DNA from: Alphaproteobacteria bacterium | GTDB taxonomy: Bacteria > Pseudomonadota > Alphaproteobacteria > JAAXGF01 | Length of the DNA: 64,000 bases | NCBI GenBank assembly: GCA_963555825.3 | Contig: CAUVXB020000002.1 | Location: 3,456,001 to 3,520,000 of the forward strand | Reading direction: 5' to 3' | Shown: positions 21,845-31,055 of the stretch, one piece after another | Numbering within the stretch: position 1 is the stretch's first letter | How the letters are laid out: every line of letters starts with the position of its first letter | Position numbers and translations under genes: made by a program | The notes under the pieces: model-generated | Databases searched by the model: none | What the model was told of the DNA's origin: nothing | Seen by the model: the letters and a program-made list of their open reading frames with translations, nothing else

Positions 21845-22857
21845 CTGTCCTTCTCCACATGCCCGCCGAACTGATAGCGCATGGCCGACAGGACCTTGTT
21901 GGCGAAATCGGCCTCGCCACGCGAACTGAAGCGTTCGTAGACCGCCGCGGAGAGGACATGCGCCGGCACGCCCTCGTCGATCGCCGCGTGCAGCGTCCAA
22001 CGTCCCTCGCCCGAATCCGAGACGCGGCCCGAAAAGTCCGACAGCTCGGCGTCCTCGAGCAGGGCCCGCGCCGTCAGGTCGAGGAGCCACGAGCCGACCA
22101 CGCTGCCGCGCCGCCACAGCTCGGTGATGTCGGCCAGGTTGAAGTCATAGCGGTACGCCTCGGCATTCTCGATCGGCGCGGTCTCGGCGTCGGCGGTCGC
22201 TGGTGCCCGCTTGCCGATGTCGGCGTTGTGCAGGATGTTCAGGCCTTCGGCATAGGCGGCCATGATGCCGTACTCGATGCCGTTGTGGATCATCTTGACG
22301 AAGTGGCCGGCACCGTGCGGCCCGCAATGCAGGTAGCCGTGCTCGGCCGTGCCGCCGATGGCCTCGCGTCCCGGCGTGCGCGGCGCCGTGTCGAGCGGCG
22401 GCGCCAACGACCGGAAGATCGGATCGAGGTGGCGCACCACGGTCTCGTCGCCGCCGATCATCTGACAATAGCCGCGCTCGAGTCCCCACACGCCCCCGCT
22501 GGTGCCGACGTCAAGATAATGGATACCCTCGGCGCCGAGCGCCTGGGCGCGGCGAATGTCGTCTCGGTAATGCGAGTTGCCGCCGTCGACGATGATGTCG
22601 CCGGGCGCCATCAGCGCCGCCAAGTCCCGCGCGGTCTCGTCGACGATAGCCGCCGGCAGCATGATCCAAACCGCGCGCGGCGGTTCCAGTTTGGCGACCA
22701 GATCTTCGAGCGACGCGGCGCCGGTCGCGCCGTCCGCCTCCAGCGGCTCAACGCTGGCGCGGCGTCGGCCGTAGATGACGCAGTCGTGCCCGTCGCGCAA
22801 CAGGCGGCGGACCATGTTGGCACCCATCCGCCCGAGACCGATCATTCCAAGCTGCAT
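21841..22857 (-). CDS. gnd: Short-type decarboxylating 6-phosphogluconate dehydrogenase
   Basis: [53 protein letters not shown]. Confidence 0.93.
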   Translation of the reverse strand: MQLGMIGLGRMGANMVRRLLRDGHDCVIYGRRRASVEPLEADGATGAASLEDLVAKLEPPRAVWIMLPAAIVDETARDLAALMAPGDIIVDGGNSHYRDDIRRAQALGAEGIHYLDVGTSGGVWGLERGYCQMIGGDETVVRHLDPIFRSLAPPLDTAPRTPGREAIGGTAEHGYLHCGPHGAGHFVKMIHNGIEYGIMAAYAEGLNILHNADIGKRAPATADAETAPIENAEAYRYDFNLADITELWRRGSVVGSWLLDLTARALLEDAELSDFSGRVSDSGEGRWTLHAAIDEGVPAHVLSAAVYERFSSRGEADFANKVLSAMRYQFGGHVEKDS

Positions 22858-23003
22858 GCCGTAACCTTTTCACCGCGTCGATAGGTCCGTCCGTCGTGTC
22901 CGCGACTTGCCAGTCTCACACGAATGCGCAATTTTGCGAATTGAATTGAAACGGCGGTCGTCTTCGATGGCCGCGAAGAGGATTTCGGAGGATCGATCGA
23001 CCG

Positions 23004-23783
23004 ATGAGCCGCGCGACCGCCAAGATCGAGCTCACGCCACTGGCTGGCCTTCCTTTGGTCGAGCCGGGCGACGACCTCGCGACGCTGATCACCGACGGTC
23101 TCGCGGCCACGGGTGTCACGCTGAAGGACGGCGATGTTCTCGTCGTCGCCCAGAAAATCATTTCCAAGGCGGAAGACCGCTATGTCGACCTGCGATCGGT
23201 CACGCCGTCGGCGCGCGCGCGCGATCTGGCGTTGAAATGCGAGAAGGATGCGCGGCTGGTCGAGCTGATCCTTTCCGAATCGCGCGAGGTCTTGCGTTGG
23301 CGGCCGGGCGTGCTGGTGGTCGAGCATCGTCTCGGCGTAGTGCTCGCCAACGCCGGGATCGACCGGTCGAACGTCGCGCCCGACGGCGACGCCGAACGCG
23401 TGCTGCTGCTGCCTGAAAACCCCGACGCGACCTGTCGCGCCTTGCGCGAGGCGGTGCGCGCGCGGGCCGGCGTCGACGTCGCCATCATCATCAACGACAG
23501 CGTCGGCCGCGCCTGGCGCCGCGGCACGGCGGGCATCGCCTTGGGCGCCGCCGGGCTGCCGGTGCTCGACGATCAGCGTCGGCGGCCCGATCTCTTCGGC
23601 CGGCCGCTCGAGGTCAGCATCGAGGCGGTGGCCGACGAGTTGGCCGCCGCCGCCTCGCTGGTGCAGGGCCAGGCCGACGAGGGCACGCCGGTGGTGCTGA
23701 TCCGCGGCTTCGACCGCCGTGGCGCCGAGCAGTCCGCGGCATATCTCATTCGGCCCGAGGCCGAGGATCTATTCCGGTCCTGA
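23004..23783 (+). CDS. cofE: Coenzyme F420-0:gamma-glutamyl ligase (no FbiB nitroreductase domain)
   Basis: LPLVEPGDDL, AQKIISKAE, ANAGIDRSN, DSVGRAWRRG, ADELAAAA..V.GQ..EG.PVVLIRG, DLFR. Confidence 0.93.
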   Translation: MSRATAKIELTPLAGLPLVEPGDDLATLITDGLAATGVTLKDGDVLVVAQKIISKAEDRYVDLRSVTPSARARDLALKCEKDARLVELILSESREVLRWRPGVLVVEHRLGVVLANAGIDRSNVAPDGDAERVLLLPENPDATCRALREAVRARAGVDVAIIINDSVGRAWRRGTAGIALGAAGLPVLDDQRRRPDLFGRPLEVSIEAVADELAAAASLVQGQADEGTPVVLIRGFDRRGAEQSAAYLIRPEAEDLFRS

Positions 23784-23797
23784 ACGCGGGTCGCGAT

Positions 23798-24763
23798 CTA
23801 AAGCAGCGGCGCGACGTCCATGGCGAATTTTTCCATCTGCTTCATGCCGAAGGAAACCGGCTCGAGGCCGTGGAACTGGAACTCGATGACGAAATGGGAG
23901 ATGCCCGCCTGCATCAGCGCGTTCATTCGATCGGCGCAACGCGCCGGCGAGCCGCTGATCGTCACCGCCAGCGGATCGGTGCTCGGGTCCTGGAAGGCGA
24001 CACCGTTGCGGAGCTTGGGCAGATTGGCCTGGAAGTCGTTCTCGTCCTTGGCGACATAGGCGAAGGTGAAGGCGGCGAGTTTCGGGTCGCTGCCCCATTT
24101 CGCCCCCGCTTCGCACAGCTTGGGCAGCCAGAACGAGCTGGCCTCGTCCTCGGTCGGCCAGAACGGCACGATGTATTCGCCGTAGCGCGCGGTCCGCTCG
24201 ATCGACTTGACCCCGCCACCGATCCAGATCGGCGGATAGGGCTTCTGCACCGGTTTGGGCTCGAGCGTCATGTCGGCCAACTGGTAGTGCTCGCCCTCGA
24301 ACGTCGTCGTCGGCTCGGTCCACAGCCGGGTGATCGCCTCGAGCTGCTCGTCGAACATCTTGCCCCGCTTGCGCCGGTCGACGCCCATCGATGTGAAATC
24401 CTCCTCCCACCAGCCCATGGCGACGCCGGCAATGACCCGGCCGCCCGACATGACGTCGAGGGTCGCCAGGTACTTGGCCCATTGATAGGGCGGCAGTAGG
24501 GGCAGCAGGATCGAGTTGGTGCCCAGCTTGATCGTCGAGGTCGCCTGGGCGATGGCGGGCAGGACGACCAGAGCGTCGAGGACGTCGCGGTTCGGGAAGG
24601 TGGTGAAGAGCCAGCCCGGCGGCAGGGTCATATGGGTCGGCAGGGTGACCGAGTAGAAGCCAAGGTCCTCGGCCAGCCTGGCGGCTTCGACGATCTCGCC
24701 GACCGAAGGGTTCTGCGCGCCCCAGGGGAACAACATGATGCTGATGTCCGACATCTTCGCCAT
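23798..24763 (-). CDS. LLM-class F420-dependent oxidoreductase
   Basis: ATLDVMSGGRV.AGV.MGW and EPKPVQKPYPPIWIGG. Confidence 0.88.
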   Translation of the reverse strand: MAKMSDISIMLFPWGAQNPSVGEIVEAARLAEDLGFYSVTLPTHMTLPPGWLFTTFPNRDVLDALVVLPAIAQATSTIKLGTNSILLPLLPPYQWAKYLATLDVMSGGRVIAGVAMGWWEEDFTSMGVDRRKRGKMFDEQLEAITRLWTEPTTTFEGEHYQLADMTLEPKPVQKPYPPIWIGGGVKSIERTARYGEYIVPFWPTEDEASSFWLPKLCEAGAKWGSDPKLAAFTFAYVAKDENDFQANLPKLRNGVAFQDPSTDPLAVTISGSPARCADRMNALMQAGISHFVIEFQFHGLEPVSFGMKQMEKFAMDVAPLL

Positions 24764-24955
24764 CGCGATACCCCTTGTTGAGCCGAATTCGCTTGTGGCG
24801 GCTTACGCCACCCGACATCCTCGCAGGGCCTCGCGTCGAATGTCCACTCTCCCGGTCGGTCGAATGGTTGTTTCTGAAGTCGGGGAAGTTCGTGTCATGT
24901 GTCGGGACTCGCATCTGCGTGTCGGCGGCGGGCCTGATCCTGCCGTGACGGTGGG

Positions 24956-25960
24956 ATGACCGCCGCGAGGGGTTCCGGCGTCGAGTGCCTCGCGCTCTCG
25001 GGCGGTATCGGCGGCGCCAAGCTGGTCGTCGGGCTGGCGCGGATCCTCGATCCCGCGCGTCTCCTGGTGGTCGCCAACACCGGCGACGACTTCGAACATC
25101 TCGGCCTTCACGTCTCGCCCGACATCGACACGTTGGTCTACACGCTGTCCGGCCTGGCCAATCCGGAGACCGGCTGGGGCCGCGCTGGCGAGACCTGGAC
25201 GTTCATGGCGGCGCTCGAGGCGCTCGGCGGAGAGACTTGGTTCCGGCTCGGCGACGCCGATCTCGCGATGCACGTCGAGCGCAGCCGGCGCCTTCGCGCG
25301 GGCGAGAGCCTGAGCGCCATTACCGCCGATCTGAGCGCCCGGCTGGGCGTCGCCGTGCGCATCGTGCCGATGAGCGACGATCCGGTCCGCACCGTCGTCG
25401 AGACCGCCGACGGCGCCCTCGACTTCCAGCACTACTTCGTGCGCGAACGCTGCGCGCCGGCGGTGACGGGATTCCGTTTCTCTGGCAGCGAGGCGGCGCG
25501 GCCACAACCGCAGTTCCTCGACGCGCTCGCCGATCCGGGCCTCGGCGGCATACTGATTTGCCCGTCGAACCCATTCATCAGCATCGACCCAATCCTGGCG
25601 CTTCCCGAGGTGCGTGATCGGCTCGCGGCGTGCGCCGCGCCGGTTATCGCCGTGTCACCGATCGTTGGTGGGCGCGCGATCAAGGGGCCGACGGCGAAAA
25701 TGATGCGCGAACTCGGCGGACCGTCTACGACAACCGCGGTGGCGGCCCACTATGGCGAGCTGCTCGACGGTTTCGTCATCGACTGCGCGGACGCGGATGC
25801 CGCCGACGACTTACGCGCGGCCGGGATCGCCGTCCTCGTCACTCGTACCGTCATGGAGAGCCTAGGCGATCGCGAGAGCCTAGCGCGGGCCGTGCTTGGC
25901 TTCGCCAGCGAACTCCGCGAACACGGGAAGCCGGCAAGGGAATCTGGCCACGACGCGTAG
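24956..25960 (+). CDS. cofD: 2-phospho-L-lactate/PEP transferase CofD (FbiA)
   Basis: LSGGIGGAKL, ANTGDDF...GL.VSPDIDT, WFRLGD.D, FQHYFV, CPSNPFISIDPIL, SPIVGG.AIKGP. Confidence 0.95.
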   Translation: MTAARGSGVECLALSGGIGGAKLVVGLARILDPARLLVVANTGDDFEHLGLHVSPDIDTLVYTLSGLANPETGWGRAGETWTFMAALEALGGETWFRLGDADLAMHVERSRRLRAGESLSAITADLSARLGVAVRIVPMSDDPVRTVVETADGALDFQHYFVRERCAPAVTGFRFSGSEAARPQPQFLDALADPGLGGILICPSNPFISIDPILALPEVRDRLAACAAPVIAVSPIVGGRAIKGPTAKMMRELGGPSTTTAVAAHYGELLDGFVIDCADADAADDLRAAGIAVLVTRTVMESLGDRESLARAVLGFASELREHGKPARESGHDA

Positions 25961-26032
25961 GTTTCGATTCTCCTGTCGATGCTGGCGTGCAACACTATCC
26001 GCCACCAGGCGGAGATTGAGCAACGCGCGACC

Positions 26033-29000
26033 ATGTGGGCAGTCCTTCCAGTCAAGTCTCTCGACGACGCGAAGCAGCGGTTGGGCGGCGTGTTGAGTCC
26101 GCGCGAACGGCGCGCGCTGTTCCGTGCCATGGTCGAAGACGTCCTCGCCGCGCTGTCGGCGGTGCGCGGCCTCGACGGCGTCGCCGTGGTGTCGCGCGAC
26201 GCCGACATCGCCGCCCTGGCGCGGCGCTACGGCGCGCGGTTGATCGTTGAGGACGAGGACCGCGGCCAGACCGCGGCGGTGCGAGCGGCGGCCGAGGCGT
26301 TGGCGGCCGAGGGCGTCGCCGGCATGATCACGGTGCCGGGCGATGTCCCGCTTGTCACGCCGGCCGACATCGAAGCGGTCCTCGCTGCGCACGGCACGGC
26401 TCCCGCGATGACGATCGTTCCCGCCCGTGACGACCGGGGTTCCAACTGCATCGCCTGTTCGCCGCCCGATGTCATGGCGTTCGCCTTCGGCGACGACAGC
26501 TTCGCCAAACACCTCGACGCCGCGCGGAGATTGGGCATCGCGCCGCGTGTCGTCCACCTCGCGAGACTCGGCCTCGACGTCGACACGCCGACCGATCTCG
26601 AGCAGCTGCTGGCGCAGCCTGGCGACAAGTTGACGCACCGCTATCTCGGCCACAACGGCGGTGCGGTGCGGCTCGGTCGCCGCCGATCCGGCGACGACGC
26701 GGCCGCCGGACCGCTCGACCGCGCGGCGGCGGGCGATCGGATGACGCCCGACGATGCGCTGGCTTTGGCGGGCGAAACCGACATCGCGGCGCTGACGCGC
26801 GCCGCCGCCGAGCGCCGCGACGTCGGTCACGGCAACGTCGTCTCCTATTCGCGCAAGGTGTTCATTCCCCTGACCCAGCTTTGCCGCGACGTCTGCCATT
26901 ACTGCACCTTCGCGCAGCCGCCGAGGAAGGGCGAACGCGCCTTTATGACCCGTGACGAGGTGCTGGCCGTCGCCCGGGCCGGCGCCGCGGCGGGCTGCAA
27001 GGAGGCATTGTTCACTCTCGGCGACAAGCCCGAGCTGCGCTACCGCGCGGCGCGCGAAGAGCTGGCGCGGCTCGGTCATTCGACGACGATCGCCTATTTG
27101 ACCGAGGTCGCCGGGCTGGTGCTGCGCGAAACCGGCCTGCTGCCGCACGTCAATCCCGGCGTCATGGACGCCGATGACATTGCCGCCCTGCGGGCCGTCT
27201 CGGTGTCGCAGGGGCTGATGCTGGAAAGCGTCTCGGCGCGGCTTTGCGCCAAGGGCGGGCCCCACTACGGCTCGCCCGACAAGGCGCCGGAAAAGCGCCT
27301 CGAAACGATCCGGCTGGCCGGCGAGGCCCGGGTGCCGTTCACCTCCGGCATCCTGATCGGCATCGGCGAGACGAGGCGGGAGCGCATCGAATCAATACTC
27401 GCACTGCGCGGGTTGCACGAGCGCTATGGCCATATCCAGGAGATCATCGTCCAGAACTTCCGCGCCAAGCCCGGTACACGCATGGCCGGCGTGACCGAGC
27501 CGGACCTCGACGAGCTGTTGTGGAGCATCGCCGTCGCGCGCCTCATCTTCGGCCCGGAGACGACCATCCAGGCGCCGCCCAACCTGAGCCCCGGCGCGGC
27601 GGCCCGGTTGGTGGCCGCGGGTGTCGACGACTGGGGCGGGGTGTCGCCGGTCACGCCGGACTTCGTCAATCCCGAGGCGCCCTGGCCGGCGATCGAACGG
27701 CTGGCCGAGGAGACCGCGGCGGCCGGCAAGGCGCTGACCGAGCGGTTGGCAATCTACCCGGCCTACGCGCGCGACGGTAAGCGCTGGCTCGACGAGGCGC
27801 TGCGCCTTCCCGTGCTGCACGCCGTCGACAGCGAGGGCTTCGCGCGGACCGACCCCTGGCATCCCGGCGGCGGTCAGGCGCTCCCCATCGGGGCGGCGCC
27901 CACCGCGCGCAGCAGCCGCGATCTCGATGCGATCCTCGCCCGCGCCTCGGACGGCGGGGAGCTCGGCGAGGCCGACATCGTCCGGCTGTTCCGCGCCCGG
28001 GGCGGCGACGTCGACGCCGTCTGCGCCGCGGCCGACGAGTTGCGCGCGGCGGTCAACGGCGACGTCGTCAGCTATGTCGTCAACCGCAACATCAACTACA
28101 CGAACATCTGTCAATATCGCTGCGGCTTCTGCGCCTTCTCGAAGGGCAAGTTGAGCGAGAACCTGAGGGGCCGGCCCTACGACCTCGACCTCGACGAGAT
28201 CGCCAGGCGGGTGCGTGAAGCCTGGACGCGGGGCGCCACCGAGGTCTGCATGCAGGGCGGCATCCATCCCGCCTACACCGGCCAAACCTACCTCGACATC
28301 TGCCGCGCGGTGAAGGAGGCGGCGCCCGACATTCACGTCCACGCCTTTTCGCCGCTCGAGGTCTGGCACGGCGCCGAGACGCTCGGCCTGAGCCTTTCCG
28401 AGTTCTTCGCGCGACTGCGCGAGGCCGGGCTCAGCTCACTGCCCGGAACCGCGGCCGAAATCCTCGACGACGAGGTCCGCGCCGTGATCTGCCCCGACAA
28501 AGTGAACACGGCGCAGTGGCTCGAGGTCATGGCGGCGGCGCACGATTTGGGCCTGCGCAGCACCGCCACGATCATGTTCGGCCACGTCGACGCGGCCGAG
28601 AACTGGGCACGCCACCTGCTGCGTGTGCGAAACCTTCAGGCGCGGACTGGCGGTTTCACCGAGTTCGTGCCGCTGCCCTTCGTCTACATGGAGGCGCCGC
28701 TCTATCTCAGGGGCGGCGCGCGCAAGGGCCCGACGTTCCGCGAAAGCCTGCTGATGCACGCGGTGGCGCGACTCGCGCTCAACCCGCACATCACCAACAT
28801 CCAGGCCTCGTGGCCCAAGATGGGGCCCGATGGCGCGGCCGCCTGCCTGCGGGCCGGCGTCAACGACATGGGCGGCACGTTGATGAACGAATCGATCAGC
28901 CGCGCCGCCGGCGCCGCTCACGGCCAGGAACTTGCGCCCGGGTCCATGGTGGCTCTGATCCGAGGCGCCGGCCGCGAGCCGGTGCAGCGCACGACGCTCT

Positions 29001-29113
29001 ATGGCCGGCCACCCCGCACGCGCGTCGATGCCGCCGCCACCGCGCCATCGTTGATCCCCCTCGTCACGCCCCCCGTCACGCGGCGCCGCCGCGGCCAGCG
29101 CGCGGCCGAATAA
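26033..29113 (+). CDS. fbiC: CofC guanylyltransferase fused in frame to FO synthase FbiC (CofG + CofH radical SAM domains)
   Basis: N-terminal WAVLPVK....AKQRL, PGDVPL, GSN, FGDDSF..H and LDVDTPTDL (CofC). Then SYSRKVFIPLTQLCRDVCHYCTF (CofG) and RNINYTNICQYRCGFCAFSKG (CofH), with no intervening stop. Confidence 0.9.
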   Translation: MWAVLPVKSLDDAKQRLGGVLSPRERRALFRAMVEDVLAALSAVRGLDGVAVVSRDADIAALARRYGARLIVEDEDRGQTAAVRAAAEALAAEGVAGMITVPGDVPLVTPADIEAVLAAHGTAPAMTIVPARDDRGSNCIACSPPDVMAFAFGDDSFAKHLDAARRLGIAPRVVHLARLGLDVDTPTDLEQLLAQPGDKLTHRYLGHNGGAVRLGRRRSGDDAAAGPLDRAAAGDRMTPDDALALAGETDIAALTRAAAERRDVGHGNVVSYSRKVFIPLTQLCRDVCHYCTFAQPPRKGERAFMTRDEVLAVARAGAAAGCKEALFTLGDKPELRYRAAREELARLGHSTTIAYLTEVAGLVLRETGLLPHVNPGVMDADDIAALRAVSVSQGLMLESVSARLCAKGGPHYGSPDKAPEKRLETIRLAGEARVPFTSGILIGIGETRRERIESILALRGLHERYGHIQEIIVQNFRAKPGTRMAGVTEPDLDELLWSIAVARLIFGPETTIQAPPNLSPGAAARLVAAGVDDWGGVSPVTPDFVNPEAPWPAIERLAEETAAAGKALTERLAIYPAYARDGKRWLDEALRLPVLHAVDSEGFARTDPWHPGGGQALPIGAAPTARSSRDLDAILARASDGGELGEADIVRLFRARGGDVDAVCAAADELRAAVNGDVVSYVVNRNINYTNICQYRCGFCAFSKGKLSENLRGRPYDLDLDEIARRVREAWTRGATEVCMQGGIHPAYTGQTYLDICRAVKEAAPDIHVHAFSPLEVWHGAETLGLSLSEFFARLREAGLSSLPGTAAEILDDEVRAVICPDKVNTAQWLEVMAAAHDLGLRSTATIMFGHVDAAENWARHLLRVRNLQARTGGFTEFVPLPFVYMEAPLYLRGGARKGPTFRESLLMHAVARLALNPHITNIQASWPKMGPDGAAACLRAGVNDMGGTLMNESISRAAGAAHGQELAPGSMVALIRGAGREPVQRTTLYGRPPRTRVDAAATAPSLIPLVTPPVTRRRRGQRAAE

Positions 29114-29374
29114 TACCAAGGAGCAGTGATAAAGACCCATAGAGACGGCTTGCCGTGGTTCTCGGCTAGGCGCGCCCGTCGCGGTGATGCAGCGCATCAC
29201 AAGGCGGGCGGAACGACGTCCGAGGGCCTCGGCAAGCCGCCCTACGGGTCGCGGCCGCTTATCGCCGGAGGGCGTCAGGAAGCCTAGCCGATGCGCTGAA
29301 TCGCCTGCGGCTCCCTTCCTACCCGGCGAAAAGCGGACGCGATCTCTATGAGTCTTTATCACTGCTCCTTGGTA
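29114..29374. mobile_element. ~260-bp MITE, TA-flanked, directly after the fbiC stop codon
   Basis: IR of about 32 bp: TACCAAGGAGCAGTGATAAAGAC(C/T)CATAGAGA at both ends. Confidence 0.85.
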
Positions 29375-29462
29375 TAAGAGCGGGACGTCCCCGACTCGGA
29401 AGGCTGCGCGAGTTCGCTCATCCGGATGCCCGCCGCGGGCAATGACGACTAGGGGGAACGGG

Positions 29463-29570
29463 ATGATCGATATCCTCGTGCTCTTCCACAGCGTCTCGGA
29501 ACACGCCTGGCGGCTCGCCGAAGCGGTGGCCGAAGGCGCGCGTGTCTGGGCTAGGCGACCAGACAGCTAG
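29463..29570 (+). pseudogene. WrbA/flavodoxin-like N-terminal remnant
   Basis: MIDILVLFHSVSEHAWRLAEAVAEGAR then an early stop. Confidence 0.55.
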
Positions 29571-29574
29571 CCCG

Positions 29575-30519
29575 CTATTCGGCGAGGCGCCAGACTTCGT
29601 CCGCGAAGTACTGCATGTTGTCCAGGGACGCGTCCAGCGACTCGCGCTGGAAGCCGAGCACGAGGTCGCCGACGCCGAGCTCTTCGAGGGCTTGGATGTC
29701 TTCGGCGACGTCCCGGTCGGCGCCCGTCAGGAGTTTCCGCTGACCGTCGTCGGCGGTCGCCGGCTCGGCCGTCCAGTTGCCGCAATAGGCGATCCCGACG
29801 CTCGCGGGGTCGCGGTTGTTCTCTTCGGCGAGCCGGCGCAGTCGCTTGATGGCGTCGGCCATGCGCGCCAAGGTGTCGAGCGGATGGCGCGGGTTCGAGT
29901 AGATCGGATGCCAGGCGTCGCCGTGACGCACGGCGCGGCGCATGGCGGGCGTGCTCTCGCCGCCGACCCAGATCGGCGGATGAGGCTGCTGCACCGGCTT
30001 GGGTTCGAATATGACGTCGGCGACACGGACGTGCTCGCCCTCGAAACGCGGGTCGTCCTCGGTCCATAGCGCCTTGAACGCCTGCAGGTACTCGTCGGTG
30101 ACCCGGCCTCGGTCCTTGAACGGCGGAGCGCCGATGGCCTCGAACTCCTCGGCCAGCCAGCCGACGCCGATGCCCAGGATCATGCGCCCGCCCGACAGTA
30201 CGTCGATGGTCGAGACGACCTTGGCGGTGTGCACGGCGCCGCGCATGGGGATGACGGTCACCGAGGCGAGCAGGCGTAACGACGTGGTGATGGCGGCCAG
30301 GTAGGCCAGATAGGTGAATTGATCGACGCATTCGCCCCAGCCGCTGACGTCGCCGGTCTCGGAATAGGGATAGGCCGAGCCGATGGCGGTCGGTATCACG
30401 ATGTGGTCCGATACGTTAATATGCGAATAATCGAGCGCTTCGGCCCGCTCGATCCAGGCGTCGAGCGATGTCCGCGTGGCCTGCGGACCGGTTTCCGGAA
30501 TTCCCATGCCAATCTTCAT
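29575..30519 (-). CDS. LLM-class F420-dependent oxidoreductase (Rv2161c-like)
   Basis: VSDHIVIP...SAYPY, STIDVLSGGRMILGIGVGWLAEEF, PKPVQQPHPPIWVGGES. Confidence 0.9.
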   Translation of the reverse strand: MKIGMGIPETGPQATRTSLDAWIERAEALDYSHINVSDHIVIPTAIGSAYPYSETGDVSGWGECVDQFTYLAYLAAITTSLRLLASVTVIPMRGAVHTAKVVSTIDVLSGGRMILGIGVGWLAEEFEAIGAPPFKDRGRVTDEYLQAFKALWTEDDPRFEGEHVRVADVIFEPKPVQQPHPPIWVGGESTPAMRRAVRHGDAWHPIYSNPRHPLDTLARMADAIKRLRRLAEENNRDPASVGIAYCGNWTAEPATADDGQRKLLTGADRDVAEDIQALEELGVGDLVLGFQRESLDASLDNMQYFADEVWRLAE

Positions 30520-30565
30520 CGTGGCGGCTCCTATGGCCCGAGGTGATGACGGTGGTGTCGAACGC

Positions 30566-30994
30566 ATGTTAGCCGATGAGCGACGACGGTTTCTAGACGC
30601 GCAGCGGGTCGCCCGGCTGGCAACGGCGGATGCCGAAGGCCGGCCCCATGTCGTGCCGGTCTGCTATGCGCTGGCCGACGACAGCCTCTACTTCACCATC
30701 GACGCGAAACCCAAACGCAGCGGCGGGACGCGACTCAAGCGGCTCTCCAACATTCGGCAAAATCACCATGTCGCGCTCGTCGTGGACCGCTACGACGAGG
30801 ACTGGAGCCGGCTCGGCTGGGTCATGGTGCAGGGACGCGCGGACATCCTCGAGGCGGGCGACGAGCACGATCGCGCCCAGTCCCGGCTGCGCGCCCGCTA
30901 TCGCCAGCTCCGCGAGATGCGGATCGAACATCTCCCGGTCGTCGCCATTCGAATCGAGCGCATCATCGGCTGGGGAGATCTGAGTCCCGCGTAA
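30566..30994 (+). CDS. PPOX-class F420-dependent oxidoreductase (Rv0121-like)
   Basis: RVARLATADAEGRPHVVPVCY, IDAKPK, LKRLSNI, VDRYDEDWSRLGWV. Confidence 0.88.
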   Translation: MLADERRRFLDAQRVARLATADAEGRPHVVPVCYALADDSLYFTIDAKPKRSGGTRLKRLSNIRQNHHVALVVDRYDEDWSRLGWVMVQGRADILEAGDEHDRAQSRLRARYRQLREMRIEHLPVVAIRIERIIGWGDLSPA

Positions 30995-31055
30995 GGCCGC
31001 GCGGTCGTCGGGGCGACGTCGCCTCGAGCAACAATGGCCGCTACGGGTCCAGGCT

